A model generated the notes under the pieces. It searched no databases. It worked only from the letters and a program-made list of their open reading frames with translations, and was not told the origin of the DNA. Both the position numbers and the translations under genes were made by a program. Of a stretch of DNA of 64,000 nucleotides, positions 21,136 through 31,655 are shown one piece after another. Origin of the DNA: an uncultured Methylomirabilota bacterium (GTDB lineage: Bacteria > Methylomirabilota > Methylomirabilia > Methylomirabilales > 2-02-FULL-66-22). Numbering within the stretch: the first letter of the stretch is position 1; each line of letters opens with the position of its first letter. The stretch is taken from assembly GCA_963705305.1 (NCBI GenBank), contig OY970067.1, positions 5,504,001 to 5,568,000 of the forward strand, given 5' to 3'.

Positions 21136-22475
21136 TCGCTCCGGTAGGGCTTCCGGAGCCAGTGGTCGATCACCTCACCCGAGGCGCGCGCCCCTTCCTT
21201 CTCCCACTCCGGGCCGCGCAGGAGATCCGGCAGCTTGTCTTTCAGGACGTCCGCCGCCGTTTCCTTGGCCTTGTCCAGGAAGGCGGACCCCGCCTCGTCC
21301 CCGGCCCCCCGCCAATCCCCGCTCAAGATGAGGCGCGACATCTTGTACTCCGACAGGAGGCTGTCCTTCACGCTCTCCCCGATGTTGTCGCTTTCTTCCA
21401 GCGCCTCCTCCCACCGCCCGGCGAAGGCATCCGACATCACCTGGAAGGTCTGGTTGAGGACCGTCTCCGCCACCTGGCGGTAGATGCCGCGCCCTTCCTT
21501 CGCGATCTCGCGCTGCATGCCGGGGAGCGCGGCCTGCGCCCACACCGTCGAGCCGAAGCTGGCGATCTCGATCTGATCCGCCTCGGCCGTGGGATAGCCC
21601 GTCGTGCCGCCGAAGCGCTGATCCACAGCCCATACCATCCGGTCCCCCATCTCGTGGGTTTCGGACGCCACCGATCCGACGTTGGGAACGGTCATGGCAG
21701 GGGGCGTTGCGGTCCCCGGGTCCGGCGGGGGAATCGTCCTGATCGTGACGGCCGGTGCCCCCGGCGGGAAGGCGCAGAGCTGGCCCATGCACTGGATGGG
21801 CTGCTCCTGCGCGGGCGGCTGCCCCAGGGACTGGTTGCCGATGGGGATCGGCTGCGACCCGGCCGCTGGCGGGGACGCATCGGCGGCCGGCGGGGAGTAC
21901 CACGGGTCGTCCACATTCATCCAGGTGTCATCGGGAGAGGTCAGGGCGTTCCCATCGAAGGGGGCGCCAGCCTCGGCCCGCATGGGTTCCATGACCGTCA
22001 GGTCCTGCGTCCCGCCGATGATCTGGCTGGCCGGGCGATCCTTGAGCTGGGACAAGAGCTTGTCCTCGCGCTCCTGCTGGATCCTCTGCTGTTCCTGGAT
22101 CGCCTTCTGGAACGCCTGGATGCGCGCGGCCTCTGCCTGCGCCTGGGCACTCTGCGCGGCCTGCTCTCCTGCTGCCGGTGCATCCGGGCCCGATGTGAGG
22201 GCATCGATCAACATCGAGCCCACAATCGTTCCCATCATCCCGCCGAACATGCCCCCGCCCGAAGCCATGCCTCCACCCATGGTCGGCGTGGGTGGGTGCA
22301 GGGCGTTGATGCAGCCAGCCCCCATGCCCGCTGCGCCGCAGAGCTGGTTCAGCGCCATGCCGGCGTGCGCGGCCTTTGGAGTGGCGACAAGAAGAAGAGG
22401 AAGCAACAGGAAGATATGGAAGATGGCTCGGGGGGCCGACCGCCGTTCGTCCGGGACATCCAGACTTCCGTCCAT
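21132..22475 (-). CDS. secreted hypothetical protein (Gly/Met-rich segment, coiled coil, Pro-rich linker)
   Basis: Long ORF with RBS GGAGG and a signal peptide ending AHA; no recognisable family. Confidence 0.65.
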   Translation of the reverse strand: MDGSLDVPDERRSAPRAIFHIFLLLPLLLVATPKAAHAGMALNQLCGAAGMGAGCINALHPPTPTMGGGMASGGGMFGGMMGTIVGSMLIDALTSGPDAPAAGEQAAQSAQAQAEAARIQAFQKAIQEQQRIQQEREDKLLSQLKDRPASQIIGGTQDLTVMEPMRAEAGAPFDGNALTSPDDTWMNVDDPWYSPPAADASPPAAGSQPIPIGNQSLGQPPAQEQPIQCMGQLCAFPPGAPAVTIRTIPPPDPGTATPPAMTVPNVGSVASETHEMGDRMVWAVDQRFGGTTGYPTAEADQIEIASFGSTVWAQAALPGMQREIAKEGRGIYRQVAETVLNQTFQVMSDAFAGRWEEALEESDNIGESVKDSLLSEYKMSRLILSGDWRGAGDEAGSAFLDKAKETAADVLKDKLPDLLRGPEWEKEGARASGEVIDHWLRKPYRSE

Positions 22476-22799
22476 AACCAAGGCCTCCTTCGTCGGCAGA
22501 GGACACTTCGGAACATCCGGAATCATTCCCGCGGCCGGGCGGAAAGATAGTGGCCGGATCTTGTGCTGTCAAGAAAACTGCCGGCTGGATGGCCCGGTTG
22601 TCGATTCAAGCGACACCGCAACGGGTTCGGTGAGAAAGGATCAATCAAGGCCGGCAAGCGCCAGGTCGGCGCCACGAACAGAAGGACGCGGAGTCCCGTG
22701 GAAGGACCGCCGTCCGAAATCAGGACTGGCGCTCGCGGCAACGGAAATAATAGCCCTCGGGGGCGGAGAACATATTGCACAACGTTCGGGGACGGGACA

Positions 22800-23966
22800 C
22801 TAGCGGGGGGGTGCCTGCCGGAGACGGGAGACCTCTTCCGCCAGGCGGGCGCACACGTAGTCCACCTCTTCCTCAGTGTTCCCTCGTCCCAGGCCGAAGC
22901 GGAGGCTCCCCAGGGCCATATCCCCGCGCACCCCCATCGCCCGCAGGACGTGGCTGGGCTCGAATGAGCCGGAGCTGCAGGCCGAGCCGGCGGAGACCGC
23001 CACCTCCTTCAGGGCCATCAGCAGGGCCCCGCCGTCCACCGACCCGAAGCTCACGTGGAGATTCCCCGGGAGGCGCTCGCTGGGATGCCCGTTCATCTGG
23101 ATGTGATCCAGGCGGGCGGCCAGGCCGGCCCACAGCCGATCGCGGAGCGCGGCGAGCCGCGCGGCTTCCGGTGCCATGATCTGCTCCGCCAGCTCGCAGG
23201 CCTTGCCCAGGCCGACGATGCCCGGCACGTTCAGGGTCCCGCTCCGCCGGCCGCGCTCGTGGCCGCCCCCGTCCATCTGGGGGACCAGCTTCACCTGCGG
23301 CTTGCCCATCCGGACATACAGGGCGCCCACGCCCTTCGGACCGTACAGCTTGTGGGCGGTGATCGACATCAGGTCCAGTCCGAGAGCGTCCGCCCGCGCC
23401 GGAATCTTCCCGACGGCCTGCACCGCGTCACTGTGAAACAGCACGCCGTGCGCCTTGCAGATCTTCCCGATCTCCGCCAGAGGCTGGACCGTTCCCACCT
23501 CGTTGTTCGCCAGCATGATGGAGACCAGGATCGTCTGCGGAGTGATGGCCCCGGCCACGTCCGCCGGATCCACCCGGCCGTATCGGTCCACCGGCAGGTA
23601 GGTGAGCCGAAAACCTTCCTTCTCCAGCCGCTTGCAGGGGTCCAGGACGGCGTGGTGCTCGACCTGCGAGGTGATGAGGTGGGCGCCCTTGTCGCGGTAG
23701 GCGTAGGCCACCCCCTTCAGCGCCAGGTTGTCGGCCTCGGTGGCCCCGGAGGTGAACACGATCTCCATGGGCTTGCAGCCGATCAGACGAGCCATCTGGC
23801 CCCGGGCGGCCTCGACAGCCATTTCGGCCTCGCGGCCGAAGGCGTGGGTGCGCGAGGCGGCGTTGCCGAAGGTGTCCAGGAAGTAGGGCCGCATGGCCTC
23901 GAATACCTCCGGGGCCACCGGCGTCGTTGCGTGATGATCCATGTAGATCGGCAGCTTCAATGCCAT
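22800..23966 (-). CDS. iscS: cysteine desulfurase (IscS/NifS type)
   Basis: 'YMDHHATTP', 'HKLYGPKG', 'RSGTLNV', '[10 protein letters not shown]'. Confidence 0.93.
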   Translation of the reverse strand: MALKLPIYMDHHATTPVAPEVFEAMRPYFLDTFGNAASRTHAFGREAEMAVEAARGQMARLIGCKPMEIVFTSGATEADNLALKGVAYAYRDKGAHLITSQVEHHAVLDPCKRLEKEGFRLTYLPVDRYGRVDPADVAGAITPQTILVSIMLANNEVGTVQPLAEIGKICKAHGVLFHSDAVQAVGKIPARADALGLDLMSITAHKLYGPKGVGALYVRMGKPQVKLVPQMDGGGHERGRRSGTLNVPGIVGLGKACELAEQIMAPEAARLAALRDRLWAGLAARLDHIQMNGHPSERLPGNLHVSFGSVDGGALLMALKEVAVSAGSACSSGSFEPSHVLRAMGVRGDMALGSLRFGLGRGNTEEEVDYVCARLAEEVSRLRQAPPR

Positions 23967-24567
23967 GAGGGATGCCTCCCAGCGCGAGTGTTTTGCGGCG
24001 ACTCGTCGGCTCTCCGTGGAGGGATTCTACCCGACCTACGCGCAATGTCCAAGAGGCACCGGGCGCCTTCAGCCGGGCAGGGCGCACGCAATGCAATGTC
24101 CGCCCCCTCCTGGTCGGTTCCGGGGGTGACGGCCCATGAATTTGAATTCAGCGGGCTATGCCTGATTCGGCCTGCATATGGCGTGTGCCCGGATCCGTTG
24201 GCGCCGGTGGGGAAATGAGCACCTACTCCCGTAGAAAGGAAACGCCCAGGAGGCCGGCCACCTTCCATCTCGTTCTCCGTGGTTCCCGTCGAGTGCACCT
24301 TCGGGAAATGTCAAGGAGCCTGCAGAGGCAAAGACCCGTTTATTGTCAAGCAGTTATCCATTTGCGCCCCGCCCCCTGCAGTTCCTTCCTGCCCCCCTGG
24401 CCGCACACCGATCCGCAGGAGGGCCTCAGGGTCCTCGCCCGGGATCGGACCGACGAGACCCCTTCCGTGAAACGAGGGGGCGAGGGAGCCCGTACTATGT
24501 GAAAGAGCCCGGAAAATGGTTGGGTACCAAGGAGAGTAGCCTTTTTCTCTCACAAAAGGAGCACGGT

Positions 24568-25221
24568 ATGACAACAGGCAAGGGATTCAGGCATCGGGGT
24601 TGGGTGCTGGGAGGAGCGCTCCTGATCGGCTTGACGATGGGCGGCGCGGGCGCCGCCCTGGCCCAGCAGGCGCCCGGGCCCGGTCAGCCCCCCCACAAGG
24701 AATGGCATCCCGGCCCGCGGGATCGCGCCGCCGACGGACAGATGTTCTTCCACCGCATCCAGAAAAAGCTGGGGCTCAACGATCAGCAGGCGACCGAGAT
24801 CCAGGCGCTGCTTCAAAACCAGCGCACTGCGGCCCAGGCGGACTTCCAGGCCCTGCGAGCGGCCCGGAAGCAGGTGCGCGATCTCTTGGCCGACCCGAAG
24901 TCCGATCCGGCCGCCATCCAAGCCGCGGCTGGCCAGTTGAAGTCGCAGATAGACAAGCTGGTCGATCAACGCCTCCAGACCCAACTGGCTCTTCGCGCCA
25001 AGCTGACTCCCGAGCAGTGGCAGCAATGGACCAGGATGCAAAAGAAATTCATGTCGCACCGCTGGAGCCATCGCGGGCACGGGCATCGGTGGGCCCATCG
25101 CCGCGGACACCGGTGGAGTCGCCACCATGGGCATCACGGGCACCGCTGGAGCCATCGCGGGCATGGGCATCGGTGGGGCCATGGAGATCGAGATCGCGGT
25201 GCCGGCGTGGGGGCCTCCTGA
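24568..25221 (+). CDS. Spy/CpxP-family periplasmic protein with His/Trp-repeat tail
   Basis: Signal peptide, LxxxQ/LTPEQ motifs ('LGLNDQQ', 'LTPEQ'), C-terminal HRW repeats. Confidence 0.8.
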   Translation: MTTGKGFRHRGWVLGGALLIGLTMGGAGAALAQQAPGPGQPPHKEWHPGPRDRAADGQMFFHRIQKKLGLNDQQATEIQALLQNQRTAAQADFQALRAARKQVRDLLADPKSDPAAIQAAAGQLKSQIDKLVDQRLQTQLALRAKLTPEQWQQWTRMQKKFMSHRWSHRGHGHRWAHRRGHRWSRHHGHHGHRWSHRGHGHRWGHGDRDRGAGVGAS

Positions 25222-25376
25222 GAGCATTCTCTTCCGGTTGTGCAGTGTGAACCGGCCATTCCTGGGGGCGGCGCAGGCTGCCGAACGTCCGGAGGGCCCC
25301 CCGGGAGTGGCCAGGCGTTTATGGGGCCGTTGAGCATGTCCTCTCCATCGTGGCTCAGCAAGCAGGAAGGTGAATC

Positions 25377-25685
25377 GTGAGAACGCACCGCCTCACCGCA
25401 GGAATCATCGTTCTTTCGATCCTGGGGCTCGTCCCGGCGGCGAGGGCTGCCTCCGACAACGAGCCGGCTGGCGGGCGCCGGTCTGGACCTTCCCAGGCCG
25501 CCATCGATGCCTGCAAGGACAAGAACGAAGGAGCAGCGGTAGAATTCACGAGCCGGCACGGCCACACCATCAAAGCCGTCTGCAAGTCCGTGAACGGCCA
25601 GCTGGCGGCCGTCCCCCAGGGCGGGTTCCATCACCAGCGCGGGGCCCCTCCCGGGGGCGCAGCGAATGGGGACAGCCACCAGTAA
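25377..25685 (+). CDS. small secreted hypothetical protein with two Cys
   Basis: Signal peptide; 'AIDACKDKNEG...KAVC'. Confidence 0.65.
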   Translation: MRTHRLTAGIIVLSILGLVPAARAASDNEPAGGRRSGPSQAAIDACKDKNEGAAVEFTSRHGHTIKAVCKSVNGQLAAVPQGGFHHQRGAPPGGAANGDSHQ

Positions 25686-25730
25686 TCCTGCAGGAGCAGC
25701 TTGAAGGCGTATCAGGATGAGGAGACACCC

Positions 25731-26342
25731 ATGCTACGTGTCCGCACGGTGAGGATGTCCGGCAGACCACTCATGGCGGCGGCGCTGGCGGCGGCCCTGC
25801 TGCTGTCCGGCACGAGCCCGTCCTTTGCCCAGCTTGGAGAAATCATCATCAGAGAGCTTCCGCCGGGCTATGCGACCATTCGGGTGGGCCATGACAGGTA
25901 CTTCTTTCACAAGGGTCGCTTCTACGTGCGGCGCCACGGCGGCTACGCGGTGATCCCGGCGCCCATCGGCGCCGTCGTCCCCGCCTTGCCGCTCGGCTTC
26001 GTCACGGTGATGGTGGGCGGGGCAAGCTACTACGTCTTCGAGGGAGTCTATTATCGACAGGTTCCCGAAGGATTCATGGTGGTCGCGCCGCCGCCCGCCG
26101 TGCCGCCGCAGCCCGCTCCACCCCAGGCGACCTCGGGCGTAGCCGTCGTCCAGACGCCGCTGCTCAACATCCGCTCCGGACCGGCAGGCACGTATCCGGT
26201 GATCGGCCAGGCGCGGATGGGCGAGCGGCTGCGCATCATTGCGAGCGTGCCCGGCTGGTACCAGGTGCAGCTGGCGGATGGAAGATTCGGCTGGGTCATG
26301 ACGCAGTTTACCGTCCTGGAGCAGCCCGTCCCTCAGGGGTAG
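25731..26342 (+). CDS. secreted DUF6515-like protein with C-terminal bacterial SH3 domain
   Basis: 'APIGAVVPALP...YYVFEGVYY'; SH3_3 'LNIRSGPAGTYPVIG...GWY...GWV'. Confidence 0.75.
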   Translation: MLRVRTVRMSGRPLMAAALAAALLLSGTSPSFAQLGEIIIRELPPGYATIRVGHDRYFFHKGRFYVRRHGGYAVIPAPIGAVVPALPLGFVTVMVGGASYYVFEGVYYRQVPEGFMVVAPPPAVPPQPAPPQATSGVAVVQTPLLNIRSGPAGTYPVIGQARMGERLRIIASVPGWYQVQLADGRFGWVMTQFTVLEQPVPQG

Positions 26343-26382
26343 AGCCCGCGCCGGGCACGACAATCGACGGCGGGGGGAGGGG

Positions 26383-27171
26383 TCAAATTGCAGCCCGGCG
26401 AGACCCCCCGTCCACGATCACCAGGCTGCCGGTGATGTAGCTGGCGCGCTCGGAGGCCAGAAAGGCCACCACGTCGGCGACCTCCTCGGGGCGCCCCATC
26501 CGCTTCAGCGGGATCGCGCCCGCGGTCTCCCGCTCCGCCGCTTCAACGGTGACCCCCTTGGCCCGGGCCGCGTCCTGGAGGAGCTGCGCCTGCCGCTCGG
26601 TCCGGATCGGTCCGGGACAGACGGTCGTCACCAGAATGTTGTTTCCGGCCTCGGCATCGGCCAGCGCCTTCATGACGTTCAGGATGCCGGCATTGTTCAG
26701 GCCCAGCGGCATGGTCAACGGGCCGGGCTGCAGACCCGCCAGTCCGGCGATATTCACGATGCGACCCCACCCGTTCCGGCGCAGATGCGGCAGGACCAGC
26801 CGCGCCATGCGGAGGTAGCCGAAGAGCTTGAGCTTGAGATTTTCCTGCCACAACTCCTCCGTCAGATCGTCGAACGGGATGCCCCGGGCCGCCCCTGCAT
26901 TGTTCACCAGGATGTCGATCCGTCCCCAGGCCGCCGCCGCCGCCACCACCCGCTCGGCTGCGCCTGCTGCGGTGAGATCCGCCTCCACCCCCAGGACCTT
27001 GCCGCCGCCGAGGGTCTCCAGGGCATGCTGCGCCTCGGCCAGCGACTCCCGATTCCGCGCGCACAGGACGACGCTCGCCCCCTCACGACAGAGCCGTTCC
27101 GCCACGGCCCGGCCGATGCCGCGGCTCCCTCCGGTGACGATCGCCACCCGCCCGGTGATCCCCAAGTCCAT
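26383..27171 (-). CDS. short-chain dehydrogenase/reductase
   Basis: 'TGGSRGIG', 'LVNNAG', 'CPGPIRT', 'ASYITG'. Confidence 0.92.
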   Translation of the reverse strand: MDLGITGRVAIVTGGSRGIGRAVAERLCREGASVVLCARNRESLAEAQHALETLGGGKVLGVEADLTAAGAAERVVAAAAAWGRIDILVNNAGAARGIPFDDLTEELWQENLKLKLFGYLRMARLVLPHLRRNGWGRIVNIAGLAGLQPGPLTMPLGLNNAGILNVMKALADAEAGNNILVTTVCPGPIRTERQAQLLQDAARAKGVTVEAAERETAGAIPLKRMGRPEEVADVVAFLASERASYITGSLVIVDGGSRRAAI

Positions 27172-27260
27172 GGCTGTCCCCCCTGTAACGCAACCCCTCT
27201 TCCCAAGAACAACGTTTGAAGACCGGCCCCCCCTCTGCAGGATGCGCTCCAGCACAGCCG

Positions 27261-28293
27261 TCATGACTGCATCAAGAGGTTGAGATTCCCCAGGCCCTGC
27301 TTCAGCTCGCCGGCCTCGACGCGCTTGGCGACCTCGACAATCGCCTCGTTCATGGGGGTGGGCAGGCCCACCTCCCGGCCCTTGCGGACCACATAGCCGT
27401 TCAGGAAGTCCACCTCGATGCGGCGGCCCTTCATGACGTTCTTGCAGCAGGGAGGGCCGTCCCGTTCCGAGGGCCCGCCCGGCCTCCTCCCAGCGGCTCC
27501 GCAGCTCGTCCACGCCCACCCCCCGCGCGGCATCCAGGTAGGCGGCGGCGGGGATGCCGCCCACTGCCTCCACCTGCACCCCCAGCGCCTGCGCCACGGC
27601 CACCGCCTCGGCGGCCACTCTGGTCACGATTGCGAAGACGTCCTGGTTTCTGCGCAGCTCGGCGCTGCCCAGGCCGGTGATCCCGGCAATCGCGTTGGCC
27701 ATGCTGTTGGTGGTCAGCTTGGCCCAGCGCTCGCCCCACAGGTTGCTGGTGACGCGCGTCGGCCCCACAGGTGCCAGCATCTTTACCAGCTCCTCCACCC
27801 GGGAGGTCAGCATGCCGTTCAGCTCGCCCACGGCCAGGGAGGGGCGCGAGGGCGCGCTGGTCCGCAGGACGTGTCCCGGCTCGTACAGGCCGGCGCCGAG
27901 GGTGACCACGCAGCCGAGGACCCGCGTGAAGCCGAAGATCGGGGCCACCTGGTCCTCGTTGATCCCGTTCTGCGCGGACACGAGGACCCCCGCCGGCTTG
28001 AGGTACGGCTGGATGAAGGTGGCCGCCCACACGCTGTCGTAGGACTTCACCGAAAGGAAGACCGCGTCGAACTGCACGCGCAGGCCGCAGACATCGGCCA
28101 GGTGCACTGCCTTCACCGCGACCGTGAACTCTTCATCTCCGGCCGTCACCGTGAGGCCGCCGCGCCGCATTGCCTCCACGTGTGCCGGCCACATGTCGAT
28201 CAGGGTGACGTCCCGTCCGGCGCGGGCCAGGTATGCCCCGATGGTGCTGCCGATCGCCCCCGCACCCATCACTGCCAGCTTTTCGAATGCCAC
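27261..28293 (-). pseudogene. panE: ketopantoate reductase (PanE/ApbA family) with a 1-nt insertion near 27440 (or a sequencing error)
   Basis: GAGAIG, 'SVKSYD', 'QNGI', 'WAKL..N'; the 'PSLLQ' to 'DVMKGRRIEVDFLNG' junction is restored by removing one base. Confidence 0.8.
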
Positions 28294-28498
28294 GGCCACC
28301 TCCTCTCTCGGGAAGTCGAATACGCCCTGCGAAAATGCGAAACACGGGACAGCGGTTGGGTATGCTACCCTTGATGGAGGAATCTGGCAAGAATTCGGAT
28401 GGGGAACTCGGTCCGCTGGACGGCCGCATGCCGGAGCCCGCTTCCGCCCGGCCTGCCAGCCGGGCGGGCAGGATCGCCGCATCACCGGACGGCGGGGG

Positions 28499-29065
28499 TC
28501 AGCCCAGCAACTGCCCCTTGGCCGCCACGAAGCGGGGGTCGCGCAGGCGGTCCAGGTCGGCGCGTACGTAGCCCAGGCCGTACACGCACAACTCGAAATT
28601 CTCGGACAGCTTCTTGAAGAACGGAGCCTTTTCGGCGTAGCTCCCGTAGCGGTACTCCGACACGATCCAGTAGGAGCGCTTCCCTACCTGGACGAAGTCG
28701 AGGAGGGCGTCGGATGAGGTGACGCTCCGCGAGGCGCGGAGGCGGCGGACGAACTCCGGAAAGATTCCCGTCATGAACAGGGTGTAGTCGCCGATATGCT
28801 TGTGCACCTCCCGCTCCCGGTCCACGGACTGCGCCCCGTGCAAGAGGTCCCCCTCGGCCAGCATCTCCGCGATCGCCTCCACCCGCCGTCCCTGCGCGGT
28901 GCGGATCTTGTACAGCCGGTCCACGTGGACAAAGTCGATGAGAACCCCCGCCAGGTATCGGATCACATCACCATCCGGCCATCCCAGGTGGACGGCGAAA
29001 TTCCGCTCGGTGAGGCCGGCCAGCAGCCGCACCAGCGGATGTCCGTGTGGGACGTCGGTCGCCAT
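28499..29065 (-). CDS. conserved hypothetical protein
   Basis: Globular-looking ORF ('REVHKHIGDYTLFMTGIFPE', 'GKRSY') with an RBS. Confidence 0.75.
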   Translation of the reverse strand: MATDVPHGHPLVRLLAGLTERNFAVHLGWPDGDVIRYLAGVLIDFVHVDRLYKIRTAQGRRVEAIAEMLAEGDLLHGAQSVDREREVHKHIGDYTLFMTGIFPEFVRRLRASRSVTSSDALLDFVQVGKRSYWIVSEYRYGSYAEKAPFFKKLSENFELCVYGLGYVRADLDRLRDPRFVAAKGQLLG

Positions 29066-29181
29066 GGCATTCCCCTTCACGCGTCCCCGGGAGGCGGGAA
29101 TTCGCCGCCCGGGCACGGAAGAGAGTATAGCAACAGGACGCGGCCGGGAAAAGACGAGACGGGGGGATCGCCGGTCGGGAA

Positions 29182-30426
29182 TCAGCGGGGGGTCTTCCGC
29201 CCGCGGCGCGGATTGGTGACCCGGCCCGGTCTGCGCGCCGCCGGTCGGGCAAGGAGCGAGGCCCGCGTGATGGCGCCTCGCCCGAACCGATCCTGGATCT
29301 CATCCATCGTGCGGGCAAGCATCCGCCTCGGGTCGGTCCGGGCGGGAAACAGCGGCAGCTGCTGGGAGGCGTCCCCGGCGGTCGGCAGGAGGCGCGTGGT
29401 CGTGATCCCCAGGAGGCGAACCCGCACCCCGCTCCACCCCAGCCGCTCCAGGAGGCGCCAGGCGGCCCGGAAAAGGTCGTCCCCCACATCCGTTGGGCGG
29501 TCCAGCACATCGGCCCGGGTGAGGGTGTGGAAGTGCTCATCCCGGAATTTCAAGGTCACGCCCCCCGCCAGCATGCCTGCCCGGCGCAGGCGGCCCGCCA
29601 CCTTGTCCGAGAGGCCGAGGATGGTCCGGCGAATCTCCTCCCGATCCGCCGTGTCCTCCCCGAAGGTGGTCTCGGCCCCGAGCGATTTGCTCTCCTGATC
29701 CGGCTCGACCGTGCGATCGTCCCGGCCGTTGGCCAGCTCCCACAGATCGCGTCCGGCATTGCCCAGCAGCCCTTCCAGGTCCTGGGCGCGCATCCGGGCG
29801 ATTTGGCCGATGGTTCGCATGCCCAGCCGCCGCAGGCGGGCTTCGGTCATCGGTCCGACGCCCCACAGGCGCGAGATCGGCAGGGGATCCAGGAACTCGC
29901 GCTCCTGGCCGGGGGAGACCACGACGAACCCGTCCGGTTTTCCCAGGTCCGAGGCGACCTTGGCCAGGAACTTGTTAGGGGCGAGGCCGATAGAGGCAAC
30001 GAGGCCCAGTTCCGACCGGATGCGCGCCTTCAAGGTCCGGCCGATCGTCTCCGCCGATCCGTGCAGGCGCTGGCTGGCCGTGACATCCAGGAAGGCCTCG
30101 TCGATCGAGAGTGGTTCGACCAGGTCCGTGTACTCCCGGAGGATCGCGAAGATCCGTTCAGACATCTCGGCGTACCGATCCCCCCGGGGCCGAACGTAGA
30201 TGGCCTGGGGGCACAGCCGATAGGCTTGGGAGATGGGCAAGGCTGAGCGGACGCCGAAGCGTCGCGCCTCGTACGAGCAGGCGGCCACCACGCCCCGCCC
30301 GGCGCCGCCCCGCGGATCGGCGCCCACGACCACCGGCTTGCCGCGATAGGCCGGATGGTCGAGTTGCTCCACCGAGGCGTAGAATGCGTCCATGTCCAGG
30401 TGGATGATATCTCTCGGCGGCGCCAT
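29182..30426 (-). CDS. dinB: DNA polymerase IV
   Basis: 'HLDMDAFYASVE', 'SYEARRFGV', 'SIDEAFLD', 'KPDG'. Confidence 0.95.
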   Translation of the reverse strand: MAPPRDIIHLDMDAFYASVEQLDHPAYRGKPVVVGADPRGGAGRGVVAACSYEARRFGVRSALPISQAYRLCPQAIYVRPRGDRYAEMSERIFAILREYTDLVEPLSIDEAFLDVTASQRLHGSAETIGRTLKARIRSELGLVASIGLAPNKFLAKVASDLGKPDGFVVVSPGQEREFLDPLPISRLWGVGPMTEARLRRLGMRTIGQIARMRAQDLEGLLGNAGRDLWELANGRDDRTVEPDQESKSLGAETTFGEDTADREEIRRTILGLSDKVAGRLRRAGMLAGGVTLKFRDEHFHTLTRADVLDRPTDVGDDLFRAAWRLLERLGWSGVRVRLLGITTTRLLPTAGDASQQLPLFPARTDPRRMLARTMDEIQDRFGRGAITRASLLARPAARRPGRVTNPRRGRKTPR

Positions 30427-30499
30427 CCGCTTCCGGGCACTCCCGTCGAGTCTCACGCGGCCGGACCCGACCGGAAGCCCGCCTCCTTTTCCCGGCAGA

Positions 30500-31435
30500 T
30501 CACGGATTTTTCGGCCGTTCTCCCACGGGGCCGGGGTGTGCGGGGAAACTGCCCGCGGGCACCGGACTGGCGGAGTGCCTCGCCAGATCGCCCACCAGCT
30601 CGTCGAGCGTGGCTGGCAGATAGTCCTCTGGATTGACGGGGCTGCCCTCCCTGCGGACTTCGAAGTGCAGATGCGGGCCGGTGGCGTGCCCTGTCTCCCC
30701 CACTCCCCCGATGGCCTGCCCCTGACGGACCGTGTCCCCCTCGTGCGCGATGATCACCGAGAGATGGGCGTACACGGTCTGCAGTCCGTGACCATGCCGG
30801 ATGACGACCACGTTCCCCAGACCGTTCCCGCTGGCCCTGGCGTAGACGACCTCGCCGTCGGCAGCCGCCGTCACCTCGCGGTAGGATGAGGCGCCGATGT
30901 CTATGCCGGCATGAAACTTCCCCCAGCGGGGTCCGAACGGGGAGGTGATCGGCCCAAGCAGCGGCCAGGTCAGCTCGGCATTCGTCCGCACGTGGGGACG
31001 AGGCGGCGCCGGAGAGGCCGGCGGGACGGGCAGCTCCTCTCGCAGGGATTGCTCCAGTGTCTGCCGCTCCTGTGGCTGCAGCGGCCGGAAGACCTCGACC
31101 CGCTTGGCGGCCTTCGCCCCGGGGATGAACAGCCGCTGCCCGATTGCGAGCGGTGCGGAAGGCTTTAGGTGGTTCGCACGGATCAGGACAGCCACAGGAA
31201 CCTCATACGCCTGGCTGATGCGAAAAAGCGTCTGCCCACCGGTCACGATGTGGAAGATTCCTTTCGGTTTCTGCGTGCCCGGCCGGTTTCGCGATGCGGC
31301 GGCATGGCCGGCGGGGGAAAGCGCGAGCGCGAATCCGATCATGAAGCAAAGCACCAGACGAATGAGGCGGGAAGGAATGCGGCGGGGTGCGCTAAGAGCT
31401 CTTCGGCAGGGTGTTTGTTGTCGCTGCGCATACAT
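30500..31435 (-). CDS. LysM + M23 peptidase (NlpD-like); start uncertain
   Basis: LysM 'HIVTGGQTLFRISQAY'; M23 'HAGID', 'YAHL', 'GPHLHFEVR'. Confidence 0.88.
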   Translation of the reverse strand: MYAQRQQTPCRRALSAPRRIPSRLIRLVLCFMIGFALALSPAGHAAASRNRPGTQKPKGIFHIVTGGQTLFRISQAYEVPVAVLIRANHLKPSAPLAIGQRLFIPGAKAAKRVEVFRPLQPQERQTLEQSLREELPVPPASPAPPRPHVRTNAELTWPLLGPITSPFGPRWGKFHAGIDIGASSYREVTAAADGEVVYARASGNGLGNVVVIRHGHGLQTVYAHLSVIIAHEGDTVRQGQAIGGVGETGHATGPHLHFEVRREGSPVNPEDYLPATLDELVGDLARHSASPVPAGSFPAHPGPVGERPKNP

Positions 31436-31655
31436 CGTGTAGGAATATACTCGGCGGAACCCCATTGGTCAACAGGGCGGGGGGCCGGGCAGCCCGCCGG
31501 GGGATGTCCGTTCCCGGAGTCACCCGCCATCCCGGCGCCCGCCCGAAATTTCCGGAGAGGCGAATCATCCTCTTTCTTCCTATCACCTAATCCAGTAAGG
31601 TTGAACTTCGGGGGCGCCGCCCCCGTCCCGTTCGCTCATCACTGCGGAGGAATTC

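Noticed and set aside
23970..24560. Riboswitch or small gene in the 600-bp iscS-spy intergenic region
   Set aside because: No recognisable aptamer consensus or credible ORF; only promoter-like elements were seen.
26383..28485. 700-aa PanE-SDR fusion protein
   Set aside because: Produced by a 1-nt frameshift in panE; the SDR has its own RBS and ATG at 27171.
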